A stretch of DNA of 37,342 nucleotides from positions 5,647,570 through 5,684,911 of the forward strand of contig NC_068986.1 in NCBI RefSeq assembly GCF_001194135.2, written 5' to 3'. This DNA comes from Octopus bimaculoides (lineage: Eukaryota). Below are positions 33,734 through 37,342 of the stretch, piece by piece. The stretch's first letter is position 1. The number at the start of each line of letters is the position of its first letter. The notes under the pieces are model-generated. The model was not told where the DNA came from. It did no database searches and was given only the letters and a program-made list of their open reading frames with translations. The position numbers and the translations under genes are program-made.

Positions 33734-34473
33734 CTGAAGAAATAGAAGCCAAAAGTTAGAAAAACAGCAACTAAAAACATCAGATGCTATTAAATCTAAC
33801 AAATTTATGGATGAATTGAATGATTAGTAAATAGCAAAGAAAAGTTTTCTTAACATTTTTAAAATATTGGTGAAATTCCAAAGATAGGTTCTTTATTTTG
33901 CAGTAGAATTCAAATAGACATTAGTCATTTAATTGCACAGGAATTTATATGGTTAATTTGACAGTATTTCACCACTAATTAGAACTGCTTTTGTTATCAG
34001 GTTAAAATTCTAAAATTGTTTTTGATTATAATAAAACCTATTATTGTACTCTTCACAAAATTATGTTTTTATAGAACTTTTGATCAAATGTTGAAGTCAT
34101 TGGTGATGAACAAATAAAACTGTAGAATTTAATCTTTCATGGACATATTTCTAACAAAATTTTAATAAATTATCAAAAATTTAGAGGGATTAAGTAAAAT
34201 AATTTTGTTCATTATTTAGTATATTAAACTGATGTATAGAACAACAAAAGTTCTTAAATAAAATTATGCTGTAAGAATGCTTTGTATCAAAAAACCAGAA
34301 GTGAGTTAGTATCTAAATAATTAAAATACATTAATTTAAATTTAGTTGAGAGTTAAATTAACTAAACTGCAATCAATCAAGTACTTAAAGTAATGGGATG
34401 GCATTTAACTGTAGAGCATTTTGTCATTAGTTAATGCTAAAAACAAATATGAAATGAATTTAATTTAACTTAC

Positions 34474-34548
34474 AGTGTGTGAAGCCAATTGTCTGTAGCC
34501 ACGAATATCTTCTGAGCTCGCCAAACCTTCAGGAACAGTTTTACCTCT
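34474..34548 (-). CDS. PRPF19: PRPF19 exon (75 nt)
   Basis: attttag|...|gtaagt; encodes RGKTVPEGLASSEDIRGYRQLASHT (human RGKTVPEELVKPEELSKYRQVASHV). Confidence 0.96.
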
Positions 34549-35733
34549 CTAAAATAGATATATAATTTGGTAGATTAACAGCTGATATGCCTCGTAAGTG
34601 GATAGTTCATAATATATACTACTAATTAAATATATGTGTGTGTGTTCACACAAAAAGGTATTTACATGAATGAATAATGATATACACATACATATATGTA
34701 GAGGGTTTGGCTTCCGGTATTATTCAATATATGTAAGGGAGATATAGAACAAAAGTCAGAATTGCAGCCACAAAAAAGGCACTAATGATGAATACAAAAA
34801 CAAGCTATAATAATAGTGAACATAAAAAGAAAGCTATTATGACATATACCAGCATCAAATCAACCTTATAGTTCACAGCATTATATGAAAATTGCCTGTT
34901 TAATTTTTATGCTTCCAACATTTTTGTCAGTAACCTTCATCAAGATTGTGACCTTTCTATAAAGTCCAGTATCCAAGTGTTTTTTAATCAACAAGTAGTT
35001 CATATAAAAATGTTGTTTGATGCAAATGATAAATAGACTTGGCAGCATTTACTGCACATAACATCAAAAGCATGTGTTTGTGTTACTGATCAGTTAGCCA
35101 ATACATGGACCTTTTCATAAACATGTCTGCTTATTCAATAGTAATTTGCCTACAGAAGGGCCATATTGAGCTAATTGTACATTTAGCCCTTTTCTGTAAA
35201 CATAGAAATGCATATTTAAATGTAGATTTAGGGGAAAAGGTATGTAGAGGCAGTTTTAAAGCAGAATCAAGTATTGATATTTTCTTCTTTTGTAACCTTC
35301 AAAGAAAATCTAACAAAAATAAACACAGTTCATATCCAATCTTACATGGCTGTTGGTTTCTTCATGAGAAGAGATTAAGCATAAGTCAATATATCTAAAG
35401 AATAATAATATATGTAGGAGTTACAAATAGAGAAGTATATGCTAATAGATTCATGCATGAAGTGACCACCATCACCAATAATAAGCTCAATACTATTGAT
35501 AACATTTGATATCTGATGGTATTCTTTGAAATGGAAATACTAAAGTGGACAAGAACTGGTGAATTTCCACCAAAGTGAGTAGCCACAAATATTTCAAGAA
35601 ATAAGATGATTTAACCAATGTATTAGATGGATATGGTGGTGTTTTGGATAATAATGGCCCAATTAAAAGTATATATTTCGTATGTGTATTTCGTGTGCAA
35701 GATTCTTGATGTGGATACGTGTGTTGAAAGAAA

Positions 35734-35864
35734 TACAATTAAACCTTGGGAGAGGCATTATGCCGGTAATAAACACACGCACTGGTTCAGTCCTTTATTA
35801 ATATATATAGTTTTTTGTTAAATTATTTCATTGCACTCTTGCAATCTCTTCAGTAACAAGTTAC

Positions 35865-35895
<31 letters not shown>

Positions 35896-35922
35896 GCATA
35901 TATATATATATGTATGTATGTA

Positions 35923-35954
<32 letters not shown>

Positions 35955-36032
35955 ATGTGTGTGTGAATTCTTAATTTTGTAAAGTTAACAACTTTATTAC
36001 CGGCATAATGCCTCTCCCAAGGTTTAATTGTA
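35734..36032. mobile_element. 299-bp element with a perfect 40-bp terminal inverted repeat enclosing a microsatellite
   Basis: TACAATTAAACCTTGGGAGAGGCATTATGCCGGTAATAAA (35734-35773) and its exact reverse complement (35993-36032). Confidence 0.85.
35865..35965. repeat. (TG)/(TATG)/(TA) compound microsatellite
   Basis: Read directly. Confidence 0.95.
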
Positions 36033-36170
36033 AAAGTATATACATTATAACCTTATCTGAATTTCTGATGTCAAGAAAAGTACAAGAGTAAAGGTTTTAG
36101 GCAATTAATATACTATTTATTTAAAGAAACACTATAAAAATATTCTACAAATCAAAATGTAAAATAATAC

Positions 36171-36212
36171 CTTCTTTCGTTCAGCTGTTAACAAAGTGGC
36201 TTTGTCTTGGAG
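36171..36212 (-). CDS. PRPF19: PRPF19 exon (42 nt), most 5' exon in window
   Basis: gtatttcag|...|gtatta; encodes LQDKATLLTAERKK (human LQDKATVLTTERKK). Confidence 0.95.
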
Positions 36213-36344
36213 CTGAAATACAAGAAAAAATAGAAATTATATGTTAATTAATTTAATGACCATCACTCTATTGTGAAAATGAATCAAAATGTTATTGCAA
36301 GAATCATCACAAAGCAAAATAAAACTAAATTGTGTCAAATTCCT

Positions 36345-36515
36345 ACTTATAACAACAAACATACACATATACTCACAACAAATATACATCCTCACATAAA
36401 CATAGCTCCCAACTAACACAGATATAATCACAGCTCTCAACAGACATATATAATTACAACTAACAACATGCCTACACATATAACCACAGCTCATAACACA
36501 CATGTATATCAATAT
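36345..36515. repeat. Degenerate CA-rich minisatellite (~25-bp unit)
   Basis: Recurrent ACATATA(T)AA(T/C)CACAGCTC(T/A).AACA units. Confidence 0.6.
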
Positions 36516-36852
36516 GCTGCAATGCAAAAATGAAGAGCAGTATGATGTCTACTTAACTTAGCTAGATATCTAAAATTTCTTTAAAATATTTGATTTAGTT
36601 ATGAATTGTCATAAAGCCTGACAATTTTCTCATTAGATTGCCTTTTACTTGGTATCTTTTACATACTACCATAAAATATTTCTTAGAATATTAACAAACC
36701 TTATATATGTTTAACTTTAATTTTCTTATATGGCTACTTGACCTGCTAAAACCAGACAAATTGCTCTCAAATTAGACACTACCCTTACCATGGGGACTCT
36801 TCAAAGGCACCCCACACTACTTTTTCAACCAGTATAGATGCAGGTATACAAT

Positions 36853-37020
36853 GGGCATGGGCATGGTTGTGTGCTAAGAAGTTTGCTCCCAAACCACATG
36901 GTTCTGGGTTCAATCCCACTGTGTGGAACTTTGAGCAAATATCTTCTACTATAGCCCCAGGCTGATCAAAGCCTTGAGAGAGGATTTGGAAGGTGGAAAC
37001 TGAAAAAAGTCTGCCATGTA
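36853..37020 (+). mobile_element. tRNA-derived SINE, near-full-length, with (TG)n tail
   Basis: GGCATGGTTGTGTGCTAAGAAGTTTGC..GGTTCTGGGTTCAATCCCAC (A/B-box-like), then ..GGAAACTGAAAAAAG.. and a microsatellite. Confidence 0.75.
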
Positions 37021-37061
37021 TTTTTGTGTGTGTGTGTGTGTGTGTGCATATATATATATAT

Positions 37062-37342
37062 GCTAGGCGACAGGTTTATTTAGCCAGAGGGGAAGCAGAT
37101 AAGGAAAGATTTGCCAATGTTCTGCGCCGTGAGGACCAAAGACTCGAGGTATTTCGTGTTGCAAGACAGTGTAGGAGAGAGAATAGTGATGTTGTAGGAG
37201 AGAAATGTGTTCGCATGGATGATGGTACGCTTGCATTAAATGAGGATGCAAAGAAAGAGGTCTGGAGATGCCACTACGATAGATTGCATAATAAAGAGAA
37301 TGAATGGGAGAAAGAGAGCCTGCCGTATGTCGACCCAATAGA
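37062..37342 (+). mobile_element. RTE LINE ORF2 (endonuclease-RT linker), open frame to the window edge
   Basis: ARRQVYLARGEADKERFANVLRREDQRLEVFRVARQCRRENSDVVGEKCVRMDDGTLALNEDAKKEVWRCHYDRLHNKENEWEKESLPYVDPI, no stop; typical RTE VFR.A.Q..R...DV.G.KC..D..G..W..HY..L.N.E..W pattern. Confidence 0.85.

Noticed and set aside
36853-36930. tRNA-like A/B boxes (also 9655, 10692, 22832, 30420)
   Set aside because: No cloverleaf; they continue into shared SINE bodies, so they are SINE heads and not tRNA genes.
37063-37338. 91-aa - strand ORF
   Set aside because: Antisense shadow of the + strand RTE ORF2 frame.

Overview
AT-rich, microsatellite- and transposon-dense animal genomic DNA. The repeat families resemble those I recall from Octopus (inference; no search was run). 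Two intron-rich housekeeping genes converge tail-to-tail. On the + strand are the last 8 coding exons of a GDPD1/GDE4-type lysophospholipase D (2331-13695; 5' exons lie upstream of the window). On the - strand are the last 9 coding exons of the splicing factor PRPF19/Prp19 (36212-24560; U-box and coiled-coil exons lie beyond the right edge). All exon junctions are GT-AG and phase-compatible. Introns and the ~10.7 kb intergenic gap hold RTE-clade LINE fragments of several ages, tRNA-type SINEs, TTAA-flanked MITEs, Tc1/mariner relics, microsatellites and one 79-N gap. The most unusual signals are: (i) a 262-bp foldback element (20870-21131) whose spacer carries a near-canonical minimal type I hammerhead ribozyme motif on the - strand; (ii) a gap-free 36-bp hairpin just downstream of GDPD1; (iii) an apparently locally templated ~100-bp insertion bracketing a GDPD1 exon; (iv) several short-range inverted repeats inside both pre-mRNAs; (v) a LINE-derived strong cryptic donor that would create a poison extension of a PRPF19 exon. 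Almost all entries in the supplied ORF track are artefacts. No CRISPR array, rRNA or true tRNA gene was found.
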